A DNA stretch of 64,000 nucleotides from Macrostomum hystrix (Eukaryota; Animalia; Platyhelminthes): NCBI GenBank assembly GCA_950097015.1, contig CATNEN010000001.1:25420001-25484000 (forward strand), read 5' to 3'. The notes beneath the pieces were generated by a model. The model ran no database searches, was not told the DNA's origin, and saw only the letters and a list, made by a program, of their open reading frames with translations. Made by a program: the position numbers and the translations under genes. Below are positions 24,101 to 35,665 of this stretch, piece after piece; the first letter of the stretch is position 1, and every line of letters begins with the position of its first letter.

Positions 24101-27100
24101 ATGGAGATGAGACAGGGAGATGAGACAGGGGAGATGAGACAGGGAGATCAGACAGGGAGATGAGACAGGGAGATCAGACAGGGGAGATGAGACAGGGAGA
24201 TAAGACAGGGAGATGAGACAGGGGAGATGAGACAGGGGAGATGGGACGGCGGAGATGAGACAGGGGAGATAAGACATTACAAAAAATATTACCATTGGCA
24301 TCGAAATAGAGGCTCATAGAAATAACTAATGTGAAACAGGCAGTCTGGTGTCTCGGGACTTGTTCTCAGCAGTTTTCTGAGCTTTCTCTTGAGTAAATTC
24401 CCTCATTTCTGCCTACAGGTACGAAGGCAAGAAGTACTTTGACGCGCCTACGCAGCCTCGGTGAGTTCGATTGCGGTTTCTTAGAAAATACCACAGCCTC
24501 TTCTTATGCCTTGCTTGTCTTGTCTTGCTTTTCATGGATTAATATGATTGGCTGATTGATGAAATAAGGGATGAATATGATTGGCTGATTGATGCAATAA
24601 GGGATGAATATGATTGGCTGATTGATGCAATAAGGGATGAATGTGATTGGCTGATTGATGCAATAAGGGATGAATATGATTGGCTGATTGATGCAATAAG
24701 GGATGAATATGATTGGCTGATTGATGCAATAAGGGATGAATATGATTGGCTGATTGATGCAATAAGGGATGAATGTGATTGGCTGATTGATGCAATAAGG
24801 GATGAATATGATTGGCTGATTGATGCAATAAGGGATGAAAGTGATTGGCTGATTGATGCAATAAGGGATGAATATGATTGGCTGATTGATGCAATAAGGG
24901 ATGAAAGTGATTGGCTGATTGATGCAATAAGGGATGAATATGATTTGCTGATTGATGCAATAAGGGATGAATATGATTGGCTGATTGATGCAATAAGGGA
25001 TGAATGTGATTGGCTGATTGATGCAATAAGGGATGAATATGATTGGCTGATTGATGCAATAAGGGATGAAAGTGATTGGCTGATTGATGCAATAAGGGAT
25101 GAATGTGATTGGCAGACTGGCGTAATAAGGGATGAATGTGATTGGCTGATTGACGCATTAAGGGATTGTTGTAAATGAATAGTAGCGAGTCAGCCAAGTT
25201 AGTATCCGAAACTTTCACGCCAAGTTGGCTCTCAGTTATTGGACTATATATATTCTGCGCCAATCGATATCAGAGGTGTACATGTACGAACTATGTACGT
25301 GCATTAATCAACTGCACAACATTCACCTTCCCTTTCAAAGGATAGAGCAACGAAAATAATTATGCAAATATTGAGCAGGAAATAAAAGTGCATTACCAAG
25401 CATCGAAGGAGTAAAATGATCTTTTTATGCATCAGGTACTTCAAAGAGAATTAAATCGAAACAGCTGATCGCTAATAACAGCTGAATAACCGTAACTAAA
25501 AAACGAGTCAGTGAGTCACGATTTCACCGTACCATTGCGGCGGCGCTCGCGGCCTTGAGCTCACTCGGATCGCCGTCTGGGCTGGCTGCTGCTGTCTCGC
25601 TGGGTCTGCCGCCGTCGCCGCCTCCGCGGCTGTCCCGGCTGCGCTGGGAGCCGGCGCTGGCCAGTGCGGCAGCGCTCCGGCTGGCCGCGGTACCCGGACG
25701 CAGTTGTCGACGTGCCAGCGGGAGCCATCGCTGAGGATGACGGTGGTCGCGCTCGCGATCCGGGAGATCTGCCGTGGCTCGGACAGGCGGCTGCTCAGCT
25801 TGCCGCGGGCGAACGGCCGCTTCACGCGCACCCAGTCGCCGACTATGAACGTGGGCGGCGGCCTCCGGGTCGTGTTGAGCTGATCGAAAACGCGCTGCTG
25901 CCTCCGCTTGATGCTGGCCGCCAGTCTGTGCCGCGCTGTTGTCCTTGGCTGCAGAGCTGTCAACGGGGTGCTGATCTTCCGGCCTGTCATGAGCTCCGCC
26001 GGTGACACTCCAGTCAGTGCATGCGGGGTGGCCCTGTACGACCACAGCAGCGTCTTCACCGCGTCCTTGAAGTCGTAGCCCTCCTCTAGGTGCGTCTTTA
26101 GGCCGTCCTTGAGAAAACGGTTGAAGCGCTCTACGGCCGCGTTGCCCTGGGGGTGGTAGTGCGGTGACTGCCGGTGCCGGATGCCGCAGCGCTGAAGAAA
26201 ATCCTCGAAATCGCCGGACACGAACTGCGGACCTCCGTCTGTTTTAATGCTCTTCGGCAGGCCCCAGCGGCTAAACCACGTTGTCAGGGCGTCGATGACA
26301 TCCGCGCTTGTGACAGTCGACATGCAGGCAGCCTCCGGCCACTTTGAATGCAAATCGTACAGCACCAGGATGAAGCGACAGGAGTTCGGCGCAGAGTGCA
26401 GCTCCCCGAAGATGTCGAGCTGGAGTTCCTCCCATGGACGCGTCGGCCACTTCGTAGGGGTCAGGACCGTCTTGGGTGGCTTAAAGTTCTTCTCGCTAAG
26501 CAGGCAGGCCTCGCAATGTCGCACAAATTCCTCGATATGCTGATCGATTTGCGGCCACCAGACTGCGTCCCGGCAATGCTGCTTCATTTTGCTCACGCCG
26601 AGGTGCCCGAAATGCGCCAGCTGCAGCGTCTTCTCCCTCAGGGATGCGGGGATTACTGCTCGGGTGCCGTTGGCCAGGCACTTGCCGTCATTCCAGAGCG
26701 CCAGTTGCGTCCGCATCCTCCAGAACGGCTGCAGCTCCGGCTTCAGCTGCTTGATGGAGTTAGGCCACCCCTGGAGCGTCATTGTGACCGCATCATTGAT
26801 CACCGGGTCCTGCAGGGATGCCTCGGCCAGTTCGCTTGGACTGACAATCTCCAGCGCGCCCGATAGCAGTACGGCATTCACTTGGAGCTCGGTCGAGTCC
26901 TCTTCGCTTTGCCTTGGGCATTTTCCTTCGAGAGCGCCGTGGCGCGACAAAAAATCTGGCACGATGTTCTTCTTGCCAGGAACGTGGCAGACTTGGAAGT
27001 CGTACGCGAGCAGGCGGTCGGCCCATCGATGAAGCCGCAGAGGCCGGTGGCCGCTGCCTTGAGCCGTCAGCAGCGTCGTCAGAGCCTGGTGGTCCGTGTG

Positions 27101-30100
27101 CAGCTCGAATCTCCGGCCGAACAGGAAATAGTGCCATCTCTCGCACGCGAAGATGCACGCGAGAGCCTCTCTCTCTGATGCGGAGTACTTGCGCTCGGTC
27201 GCTGACAGGGTCCTTGACGCGAAAGCGACTGGTCTTCGAACCCCGGCGCTGTCGTCTTGCATCAGCACGGCCCCCAGAGCGTGCGCGGAGCTGTCGCAGG
27301 CCACGATGATCTTGTCGTCGGGACTGAAGAATCGCAAGCATGTTGGGGACACCACCATCTTCTTGAGCCTCCAAAAGGCCTTTTGGCAATCTGTTGTCCA
27401 GTTCCAGGGCTGCTCTTTGCGAAGTAGCAGCAGCAGCGGCTCGGCGATGTCGGACAGGTTGTGCAGAAAGTTGGAATAGAATTTAACCATTCCCAGAAAT
27501 GAGGCCACTGCCTCGGCGTTCTGGGGCTCCGGCACCGCCTCGATGTCTTCAACGTTAGACTGCATCGGCTGAAGTCCTCTCGCGGAGACGATGTAGCCCA
27601 GGAACTGCACTGTCTCTGCAGCCCACTGGCACTTTGAGGCGTTGAGCGTGACGCCATGGGCGAGCAGCTTGTCCAGCACTGTCGTGAGCCGCCGCAGGTG
27701 CTCCGCCTCGTTGGCAGCGTGCACCACTATGTCGTCGATGTAGTGCAGCGTCCCGGAACAGCCATGGAGAATCTTGCTGAGAACTTTCTGGAAGGCCGCC
27801 GGGGCGCTGTTTAGGCCATAGCATACGCGCTTGTACCGGTACAGCCCTTTCTCCGTAATGAAGGCCGTTAAGTCCCGCCTATCTTCTGCTAGCTCCAACT
27901 GCAGATACGAAGAATTTAAATCCAGCTTAGTGAACACGGTCGAGCCCTTGAACTCCGTTGTCAGCTCCTCGAATGTCGGCAGCGGCTGCTTATCCGGAAC
28001 TATGGCCTTGTTTGGGCACCTGAGGTCATTGCAGACCCTGATTTTGCCATCAGGCTTCGGGACGATCACCAGGTTCGAAATCCACTCTGAAGCCTGGATC
28101 TCCTCGATGATGTCATCCTCCAGCAGCTGGTCAATCTCCGCCTGGACTTTGTCTTTGATGCTAAGTGGGATGCGGCGTAGCGATTGCGCCACCGGGGGCA
28201 CGGCGGGGTTCAGCCTGGGCCGGTGCTCGAATCCTCGGATCCGCCCGAGTCCCTGTGTCAGTGGCTTGAAGCGCTCGGCCAGCCAGACCGGTAGCTCTGC
28301 CGTTTTTTCGACTGTGCGCACGAGGTCGCCGTCCTTGTCCACCACCTGGAAGCTGAGGTGCTGCATCAGATCCGTTCCCATGATGTCGGAGCCTTGCCGT
28401 ACCACGGTAAAGCAGAAAAATGGCACCAGCTGGCCGCGATAGCTGACGGACAGCACCGCCTCGCCGACGACATCGATTGCCTTGCCGTTGTACGCGATGA
28501 GTTTCTTGGTCGACGGCTGGAGTGGCGACCGGTTTCCGAGCTTCCTGAAGGTCCTCTCTGACAGGATGGACACCTTGGCTCCCGAGTCTACAAGCAGATT
28601 CAGCCAGATGCCATGCACCTTCAGCCGGCAGCGGATGTCGGGACTGGAGGCGCCGCGCACCATGTACACGGCTTGGCCGCTCTCGTCCATGACCTCGGCG
28701 ACCTTGGCGCCCTGCGACCTGCACATCCGGCCGAAATGGTTCGCCTTCCCGCAGACATGACAACTCTTGCCTTCAGCTGGACACCGGGCTCGTCTGTTGT
28801 GCCCGCCTCCGCACTTGGAGCATGACTCTCGATCTGGTCGCCCTTGTCCTGTGTTCTTCCTGTCTGGTTGTAGTCGGACTCTCTTCACCTCTTCTTCCAG
28901 CTGTGCTCCGGCCGCGGCTGCGCCTTCCGTCTCTATCGCGCTGGCCTCAGCGATGCTGGTCTCCCATTGCTGGCTCAGCGTCACTGCCTTCTGCAGCGTC
29001 AGGCCGTCCTCGATCAGCAAGCGCTCTCGAATTCGCCTGTCGCTGACCTTCTCCACGATCTGGTCGCGGATCATTTCTTCCATCATGTCGCGGAACTCAC
29101 ATGAGCCAGCCAGAGCATACAGAGCCGCCACGAAGTCCGCAATCTTTTCACCCGGACGCTGACTGCGCTGCCGAAACTTGTGGCGCTCCGCCACCACGTT
29201 GACTTTGGCTCCGAACTGCTCGTCCAGAATCGCGACTGTCGCCGCGAGTTCTGTCGGACTCGGCCTCTTCGTTGCTGCCACAGCCGCAAAGACTCGCTGC
29301 CCTTCCGCGCCAAAGCAGTGCAGCAACAGCGCGCGCCTCCTCGCTTCCGGCAAAGTGTCGTAGCCGGCCGCAAGTAAGTAGTTCTCAAAGAGGGCCTTCC
29401 ACTCTTTCCACGGCCTCGCCGGTCGGCCCGGCTGCGGCAGGAATTGATCCGGCGGCGATACGCTGATCCGCGGCGCTTCTGCTGAGTTGCTGTCACTCGT
29501 CATGTTTCAGTTTGTACTTTTGCAGTTTGGCGCTGTTGTTTACGCTTGGCTTGGCAGGCTTGCAGTCACTTCACTTCAGTCTACTCCGACCCCGGCTTAT
29601 TGGGGTGGGTGTTCGCTTGAGCTTGCGATGCCAATGTTGTAAATGAATAGTAGCGATATGATTGGCTGATTGACGCAATAAGGGATGAATGTGATTGGCT
29701 GATTGATGCAATAAGGGATGAATATGATTGGCTGATTGATGCAATAAGGGATGAAAGTGATTGGCTGATTGATGCAATAAGGGATGAATGTGATTGGCAG
29801 ACTGGCGTAATAAGGGATGAATGTGATTGGCTGATTAACGCAATAAGGGATGAATGTGATTGGTTGATTGATGCAATAAGGGATGGATATCATTAGCTGA
29901 TTGATGCAATAAGGGATGAATGTGATTGGCAGACTGGCGTAATAAGGGATGAATGTGATTGGCTGATTGACGCATTAAGGGATGAATATGATTGGCTGAT
30001 TGACGCAATAAGGGATGAATGTGATTGGCTGATTGATGCAATAAGGGATGAATATGATTGGCTGGTTGATGCAATAAGGGATGAATATGATTGGCTGGTT

Positions 30101-33100
30101 GATGCAATAAGGGATGAATGTGATTGGCTGATTGATGCAATAAGGGATGAATATGATTGGCTGATTGATGCAATAAGGGATGAATGTGATTGGCTGATTG
30201 ATGCAATAAGGGATGAATATGATTGGCTGATTGATGCAATAAGGGATGAAAGTGATTGGCTGATTGATGCAATAAGGGATGAATGTGATTGGCAGACTGG
30301 CGTAATAAGGGATGAATGTGATTGGCTGATTGACGCATTAAGGGATGAATATGATTGGCTGATTGACGCAATAAGGGATGAATGTGATTGGCTGATTGAT
30401 GCAATAAGGGATGAATATGATTGGCTGATTGATGCAATAAGGGATGAAAGTGATTGGCTGATTGATGCAATAAGGGATGAATGTGATTGGCAGACTGGCG
30501 TAATAAGGGATGAATGTGATTGGCTGATTAACGCAATAAGGGATGAATGTGATTGGTTGATTGATGCAATAAGGGATGGATATCATTAGCTGATTGATGC
30601 AATAAGGGATGAATGTGATTGGCAGACTGGCGTAATAAGGGATGAATGTGATTGGCTGATTGACGCATTAAGGGATGAATATGATTGGCTGATTGACGCA
30701 ATAAGGGATGAATGTGATTGGCTGATTGATGCAATAAGGGATGAATATGATTGGCTGGTTGATGCAATAAGGGATGAATATGATTGGCTGGTTGATGCAA
30801 TAAGGGATGAATGTGATTGGCTGATTGATGCAATAAGGGATGAATATCATTAGCTGATTGATGCAATAAGGGATGAATGTGATAAGCTTATTGATGCAAT
30901 AAGGGATGAATGTGATTGGTGTTGTGACGTAGCGAACTTTAATATCGGTGCTGTGGGCCGAGTGCTAGTATTGCTTAATGGTGATTGCGCAATGTACATG
31001 CCAATGACACCTCTTTAATGTACATGCATTGGTTGAGTAAATATATAAAGCATTGCACGCCCGTTTTGGAGGGCTGGAGCTTTTAAGTGGAATTGACACT
31101 GGCTGACTTCTCTCGCTCACTACATTTGGCGTCGCAAGCAGGATCGTCCGATGCGGCTTGAAGCTCTTCTCGCTCATGACGCACGCAGAACAATTGGCTG
31201 ATTGATGCAATAAGGGATGAATGTGATAAGCTTATTGATGCAATAAGGGAAGAATGTGATTGGCTGATTGAAGCAATAAGTGCATGTCTCATTGTATCAT
31301 TTTGGCTTGAGTGTCTATGATAAAAACATATCAAAATCACACAATATTAGTGATGAACGGCTATTCGTGCACGAATGATTTGACCTCGGTGCAAATGCAT
31401 TCGTGCACTCATAGCAGTTCATTACTTATACATTGTAACCTCCCTCAGTGTTTAAGGTGAGTTCGTTTGTATATTCTTAGAAACATTAATAGTCCGGAAA
31501 ATCTCTGTCACTCTAGTAACTGCTCATTTACCTGCTCAATCGAGGTGCTTAGTTTTATAATATATTTTTAGTTTAATCAAAATTGAACGCAATAAATCTA
31601 AATAGATAATAAAGCGAAGTGCAGCAATAGACAAATGCAATGAAGTTAACTATTCTGAATTTCTATCAGTCTTTATGAGTATCTGCTTTGTACCCGCATT
31701 GCAGCACTGTTCGAGTGGACCACATCGATGAGCTTTCGAGCGACGATGAGCGTTCGACGCCACCAGGGTGAGTCACAGGACTTGAGCACTCTGCTCTTTT
31801 GGCTTGTTCTGCGCATTCTTTGATTGCCTCTTAAATAACAGCTTTGAAATTTGCAACAGCCCGCAGTACCCATCGTATCGTCCTCCTGAAAGCCCCCGGC
31901 ACGCTGTTGAGCCCATATGGTGTGCACTTTTACATTCTGGAAGGGCGGCACGTGGTTTGGCTTTAGTTTAATGATGATAATCGTAGTCAGTGATGGCATT
32001 GGGTGTCAGTGATGGGATTGGGTGTAAGTGATGGCATTGGGTGTCAGTGATGGCATTGGGTGTCAGTGATGTGATTGGGTGTCAGTGATGGGATTGGGTG
32101 TCAGTGATGGGATTGGGTGTAAGTGGTGGGATTGGGTGTCAGTGATGTGATTGGGTGTCAGTGATGTGATTGGGTGTCAGTGATGTGATTGGGTGTCAGT
32201 GATGGGATTGGGTGTCAGTGATGGCATTGGATGTCAGTGGTGGGATTGGGTGTCAGTGATGTGATTGGGTGTCAGTGATGTGATTGGGTGTCAGTGATGT
32301 GATTGGGTGTCAGTGATGGCATTGGGTGTCAGTGATGGCATTGGATGTCAGTGGTGGGATTGGGTGTCAGTGATGGCATTGGATGTCAGTGGTGGGATTG
32401 GGTGTCAGTGATGGCATTGGGTGTCAGTGATGGCATTGGGTGTCAGTGATGGCATTGGATGTCAGTGGTGGGATTGGGTGTCAGTGATGGCATTGGATGA
32501 CAGTGATGGCATTGGATGTCAGTGGTGGGATTGGGTGTCAGTGATGGCATTGGATGACAGTGATGGCATTGGATGTCAGTGGTGGGATTGGGTGTCAGTG
32601 ATGGCATTGGATGGCAGTGATGGCATTGGATGTCAGTGGTGGGATTGGGTGTCAGTGATGGCATTGGATGACAGTGATGGCATTGGATGTCAGTGGTGGG
32701 ATTGGGTGTCAGTGATGGCATTGGGTGTCAGTGATGGCATTGGGTGTCAGTGATGGCATTGGGTGTCAGTGATGGCATTGGATGTCAGTGGTGGGATTGG
32801 GTGTCAGTGATGGCATTGGGTGTCAGTGATGGGATTGGGTGTCAGTGATGGGATTGGGTGTCAGTGATGTGATTGGGTGTCAGTGATGTGATTGGGTGTC
32901 AGTGATGGGATTGGGTGTCAGTGATGTGATTGGGATTCAGTGATGGGATTGGGTGTCAGTGATGAGATTGGGTGTCAGTGATGAGATTGGGTGTCAGTGA
33001 TGAGATTGGGTGTCAGTGATGTGATTGGGTGTCAGTGATGGGATTGGGTGTCAGTGATGGGATTGGGTGTCAGTGATGTGATTGGGATTCAGTGATGGGA

Positions 33101-34083
33101 TTGGGTGTCAGTGATCTGATTGGGTGTCAGTGATGGGATTAAGCCGCTAAGATTTCTTGCCTTGTCTGAAACCGGTTGCCGCATTCCAGGACTCAGGATG
33201 ACTATTACCGGGTGACTGACCCACAAGGCTTCTGCCTCATCATCAACATCAAGAACTACAATTCTGACAGCGCCATCACGGTCAACCTTGAAGTTCGCGA
33301 GGGCGCGCAGCACGACGTGGAGCGAGTGAGGCAGGTGTTCCAGGAGCTGCGCTTTGTGGTTGACTATCAGGAGGACCTCACCGCTGAGCAGATTGACGAC
33401 TATCTCAATGAAAAGAAGAAGTCAAAGGAGCTGGCCGGCCACGGCAGCTTCGTCTGCTTCCTGATGGCCCACGGCAGCCACGACTGCATCTATGGCATCG
33501 ACTGGCGCCCGTTTGAAATCCAGAAGCTGACGGAAAAGTTCGAGGTAAGTGGACAATGGCACTCAGTAATGAACACTTTCAAGAGCTGAACACACTCTGC
33601 TGCAATACGCCTCCACCCAAGGCCTCAATCTGCCGGAGTCTGGCTGGCAAGCCGAAGATCTTCTTCATCCAGGCCTGCCGAGGTCCCCGCGTTGACACAG
33701 TGGCGCCACGAAACACCGACCTGAGGACCGACGACGCCCCGGTGCTAAACCCGACACTTCACCCGGCTAAGGCGGACTTTCTAGTCTGCTTTGCCAACAC
33801 TCCGGGCAAATTTGCCTTCAGAGATGTCAGATGGGGCTCCATCTTCGTACAGACTCTGTGCGACTTCATTACGAAGGACTTCAGCGTGCATGACCTGGTG
33901 CACATCATGGTCAGAGTGAACCGACACATTCAGAATAATCCGATCCGCATTGATAACAAGGTGTACCATGTGGTGCCACAGATGGTTGCCCAGCTGTCCT
34001 ATAAGATCTGCCTCGACCCCAGCAGGGCCCTCAACCCACAGAGGCCAAGCACCGATGGTTCCCGCGTGTGCGAACTGCTCTAG
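21112..34083 (+). CDS. Ankyrin-repeat-caspase fusion protein, copy A (~687 aa predicted)
   Basis: Predicted exons are 21112-21141, 21234-21748 (ANK), 22284-22338, 22412-22893 (ANK), 24419-24460, 31705-31767, 31860-31919 (weak donor), 33190-33544 and 33622-34083. All introns are GT-AG and phases match, giving a 2064-nt open frame. The ANK exons end at GTGAGT donors, with no in-exon stop. The caspase exon has a phase-2 acceptor and no ATG of its own. Confidence 0.72.
21234..21748 (+). CDS. Ankyrin-repeat exon 1, copy A
   Basis: Ankyrin motifs GWTILM, GDTAAHVAA, GATPLMEAARAG and GRTALDLARQGG. Confidence 0.9.
22412..22893 (+). CDS. Ankyrin-repeat exon 2, copy A
   Basis: Ankyrin motifs GRTALMHAA, SCLHWAAEAGN, STPLMRAA and GKTALDWATEYG. 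Confidence 0.9.
23570..23842 (-). mobile_element. 5'-truncated SINE-like repeat sharing a core with the SINE at 6874
   Basis: 23790-23840 is the near-exact reverse complement of 7109-7158; the paralog is at ~55115-55385. Confidence 0.55.
24055..24275. repeat. 14/15-bp purine-rich minisatellite (GAGATGAGACAGGG[G])
   Basis: Tandem units. Confidence 0.9.
25167..29656 (-). mobile_element. Ty3/Gypsy LTR retrotransposon with a truncated 5' LTR
   Basis: The 3' LTR at 25167-25321 (155 bp, TGTTGT...ACAACA) is preceded by the polypurine tract GAAAGGGAAGGTGAA. Only 22 bp of the 5' LTR remain (29635-29656), followed by the primer-binding site TGGCATCGC. The element is absent from copy B. Confidence 0.92.
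25508..29503 (-). CDS. Gag-Pol polyprotein (1331 aa)
   Basis: Single ORF with a gag CCHC knuckle (CHVCGKANHFGRMC), protease LVDSGA, RT YIDD, RNase H (ACDSS...YSASEREAL) and integrase (HHCC, TDGGPQF, VERFN). Domain order is PR-RT-RH-IN. Confidence 0.96.
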   Translation of the reverse strand: MTSDSNSAEAPRISVSPPDQFLPQPGRPARPWKEWKALFENYLLAAGYDTLPEARRRALLLHCFGAEGQRVFAAVAATKRPSPTELAATVAILDEQFGAKVNVVAERHKFRQRSQRPGEKIADFVAALYALAGSCEFRDMMEEMIRDQIVEKVSDRRIRERLLIEDGLTLQKAVTLSQQWETSIAEASAIETEGAAAAGAQLEEEVKRVRLQPDRKNTGQGRPDRESCSKCGGGHNRRARCPAEGKSCHVCGKANHFGRMCRSQGAKVAEVMDESGQAVYMVRGASSPDIRCRLKVHGIWLNLLVDSGAKVSILSERTFRKLGNRSPLQPSTKKLIAYNGKAIDVVGEAVLSVSYRGQLVPFFCFTVVRQGSDIMGTDLMQHLSFQVVDKDGDLVRTVEKTAELPVWLAERFKPLTQGLGRIRGFEHRPRLNPAVPPVAQSLRRIPLSIKDKVQAEIDQLLEDDIIEEIQASEWISNLVIVPKPDGKIRVCNDLRCPNKAIVPDKQPLPTFEELTTEFKGSTVFTKLDLNSSYLQLELAEDRRDLTAFITEKGLYRYKRVCYGLNSAPAAFQKVLSKILHGCSGTLHYIDDIVVHAANEAEHLRRLTTVLDKLLAHGVTLNASKCQWAAETVQFLGYIVSARGLQPMQSNVEDIEAVPEPQNAEAVASFLGMVKFYSNFLHNLSDIAEPLLLLLRKEQPWNWTTDCQKAFWRLKKMVVSPTCLRFFSPDDKIIVACDSSAHALGAVLMQDDSAGVRRPVAFASRTLSATERKYSASEREALACIFACERWHYFLFGRRFELHTDHQALTTLLTAQGSGHRPLRLHRWADRLLAYDFQVCHVPGKKNIVPDFLSRHGALEGKCPRQSEEDSTELQVNAVLLSGALEIVSPSELAEASLQDPVINDAVTMTLQGWPNSIKQLKPELQPFWRMRTQLALWNDGKCLANGTRAVIPASLREKTLQLAHFGHLGVSKMKQHCRDAVWWPQIDQHIEEFVRHCEACLLSEKNFKPPKTVLTPTKWPTRPWEELQLDIFGELHSAPNSCRFILVLYDLHSKWPEAACMSTVTSADVIDALTTWFSRWGLPKSIKTDGGPQFVSGDFEDFLQRCGIRHRQSPHYHPQGNAAVERFNRFLKDGLKTHLEEGYDFKDAVKTLLWSYRATPHALTGVSPAELMTGRKISTPLTALQPRTTARHRLAASIKRRQQRVFDQLNTTRRPPPTFIVGDWVRVKRPFARGKLSSRLSEPRQISRIASATTVILSDGSRWHVDNCVRVPRPAGALPHWPAPAPSAAGTAAEAATAADPARQQQPAQTAIRVSSRPRAPPQWYGEIVTH
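31986..33140. repeat. 19-bp minisatellite (GTGTCAGTGATGGSATTGG)
   Basis: Tandem units in the intron before the caspase exon; copy A only. Confidence 0.95.
33190..34083 (+). CDS. Caspase (peptidase C14A) p20+p10 exons, copy A
   Basis: Motifs GFCLIIN, R-EGAQHD, FVCFLMAHG (catalytic His), KPKIFFIQACRG (catalytic Cys), ADFLVCF and AFR...GSIFVQTLC. Intron at 33545-33621. Confidence 0.95.
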
Positions 34084-34187
34084 CTTTGCTCAAACTGCAC
34101 TTTTTATGGACTTTGGTTGATGATTTTCTGCAGTATTCTGCAAGTTCAGTATTGTCAACCCGTTGACAATGCGACTGGTGGGACTAT

Positions 34188-34852
34188 TGTCTATTGTCTA
34201 CAGATTGGTATCTGTTGTCTACAGATTGGTGTCTATTGTCTAAAGATTGGTGTCTATTGTCTAAAGATTGGTGTCTATTGTCTACAGATTGGTGTCTATT
34301 GTCTAAAGATTGGTGTCTATTGTCTATAGATTTGTATCTATTGTCTACAGATTGGTGTCTATTGTCTAAAGATCGGTGTCTGTTTTCTAAGGATTGGTGT
34401 CTATTGTCTACAGATTGGTGTCTATTGTCTAAAGATTGGTGTCTATTGTCTATAGATTTGTATCTATTGTCTACAGATTGGTGTCTATTGTCTAAAGATC
34501 GGTGTCTGTTTTCTAAGGATTGGTGTCTATTGTCTAAGGATTGGTGTCTATTGTCTACAGATTGGTGTCTATTGTCTAAAGATTGGTGTCTGTTTTCTAA
34601 GGATTGGTGTCTATTGTCTAAGGATTGGTGTCTATTGTCTAAGGATTGGTGTCTATTGTCTACAGATTGGTGTCTATTGTCTAAAAATTGGTGTCTATTG
34701 TCTACAGATTGGTGTCTATTGTCTAAAAATTGGTGTCTATTGTCTACAGATTGGTGTCTATTGTCTAAAAATTGGTGTCTATTGTCTACAGATTGGTGTC
34801 TATTGTCTACAGATTGGTGTCTATTGTCTACAGATTGGTGTCTATTGTCTAC
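34188..34852. repeat. 21-bp minisatellite (GTCTATTGTCTACAGATTGGT)
   Basis: Tandem units. Confidence 0.95.
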
Positions 34853-35242
34853 AAAATACAGTTTATTATTTGTTGATGTCTATTTTCTATCGGTAGATAT
34901 TTATTGTCTATTGTGTCTTATCTGTCATCTAATTAATATATTGGCTGTGTATGTATAATATATATAGATTATCTACTTGTTTTTATAATTAACACCTATT
35001 TTACTCTTGTAACTTAGTAGCCGAGTTGCAGACTGTGTTCCAGCTGCTGCTCAAACCTCATCTGTTAGACGCCTGAACTATACCTGATACGTGAGATATA
35101 CCTGATAACTGAGATATACCTGATAACTGAGATATACCTAATACCTGAAATACCAGTGAACTGACACGCCATTGCCACGATTTCCATTCACACAAAATAC
35201 GCCTTGCCCTGCTCTCCCTTTCATTTTTGTGGGACTGCAGTG

Positions 35243-35665
35243 GGGATTGTGATGTGGGATTACAGTGTGGTATTGGGATGTGGGATTACAGTGTGGTATT
35301 GGGATGTGGGATTACAGTGTGGTATTGGGATGTGGGATTACAGTGTGGTATAGGGATGTGGGATTACAGTGTGGTATTGGGATGTGGGATTACAGTGTGG
35401 TATTGGGATGTGGGATTACAGTGTGGTATTGGGATGTGGGATTACAGTGTGGTATTGGGATGTGGGATTACAGTGTGGTATTGGGATGTGGGATTGCAGT
35501 GAGTTATTGGGATGTGGGATTACAGTGTGGTATTGGGATGTGGGATTGCAGTGAGTTATTGGGATGTGGGATTGCAGTGTGGCATTGGGTTGTGGGATTG
35601 GGATACGGGATTTTAGTGTGGCTTTGGGATATGGGATAGCAGTGTAGGATTGGGATGTGGGATTG
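35243..35665. repeat. 26-bp minisatellite (GGGATGTGGGATTACAGTGTGGTATT)
   Basis: Tandem units. Confidence 0.95.

Larger units (their letters stand above)
24537..30920. repeat. 33-bp minisatellite (GATTGGCTGATTGATGCAATAAGGGATGAATRT), interrupted by a Gypsy element
   Basis: Arrays at 24537-25166 and 29657-30920, with remnants at ~31193-31280; source of the (HQSANHIHPLL)n ORFs. Confidence 0.95.

Noticed and set aside
6528-34083. Functional coupling between the FOG gene and the ANK-caspase gene
   Set aside because: Adjacency is the only evidence. The FOG copy decayed after duplication, consistent with a passenger.
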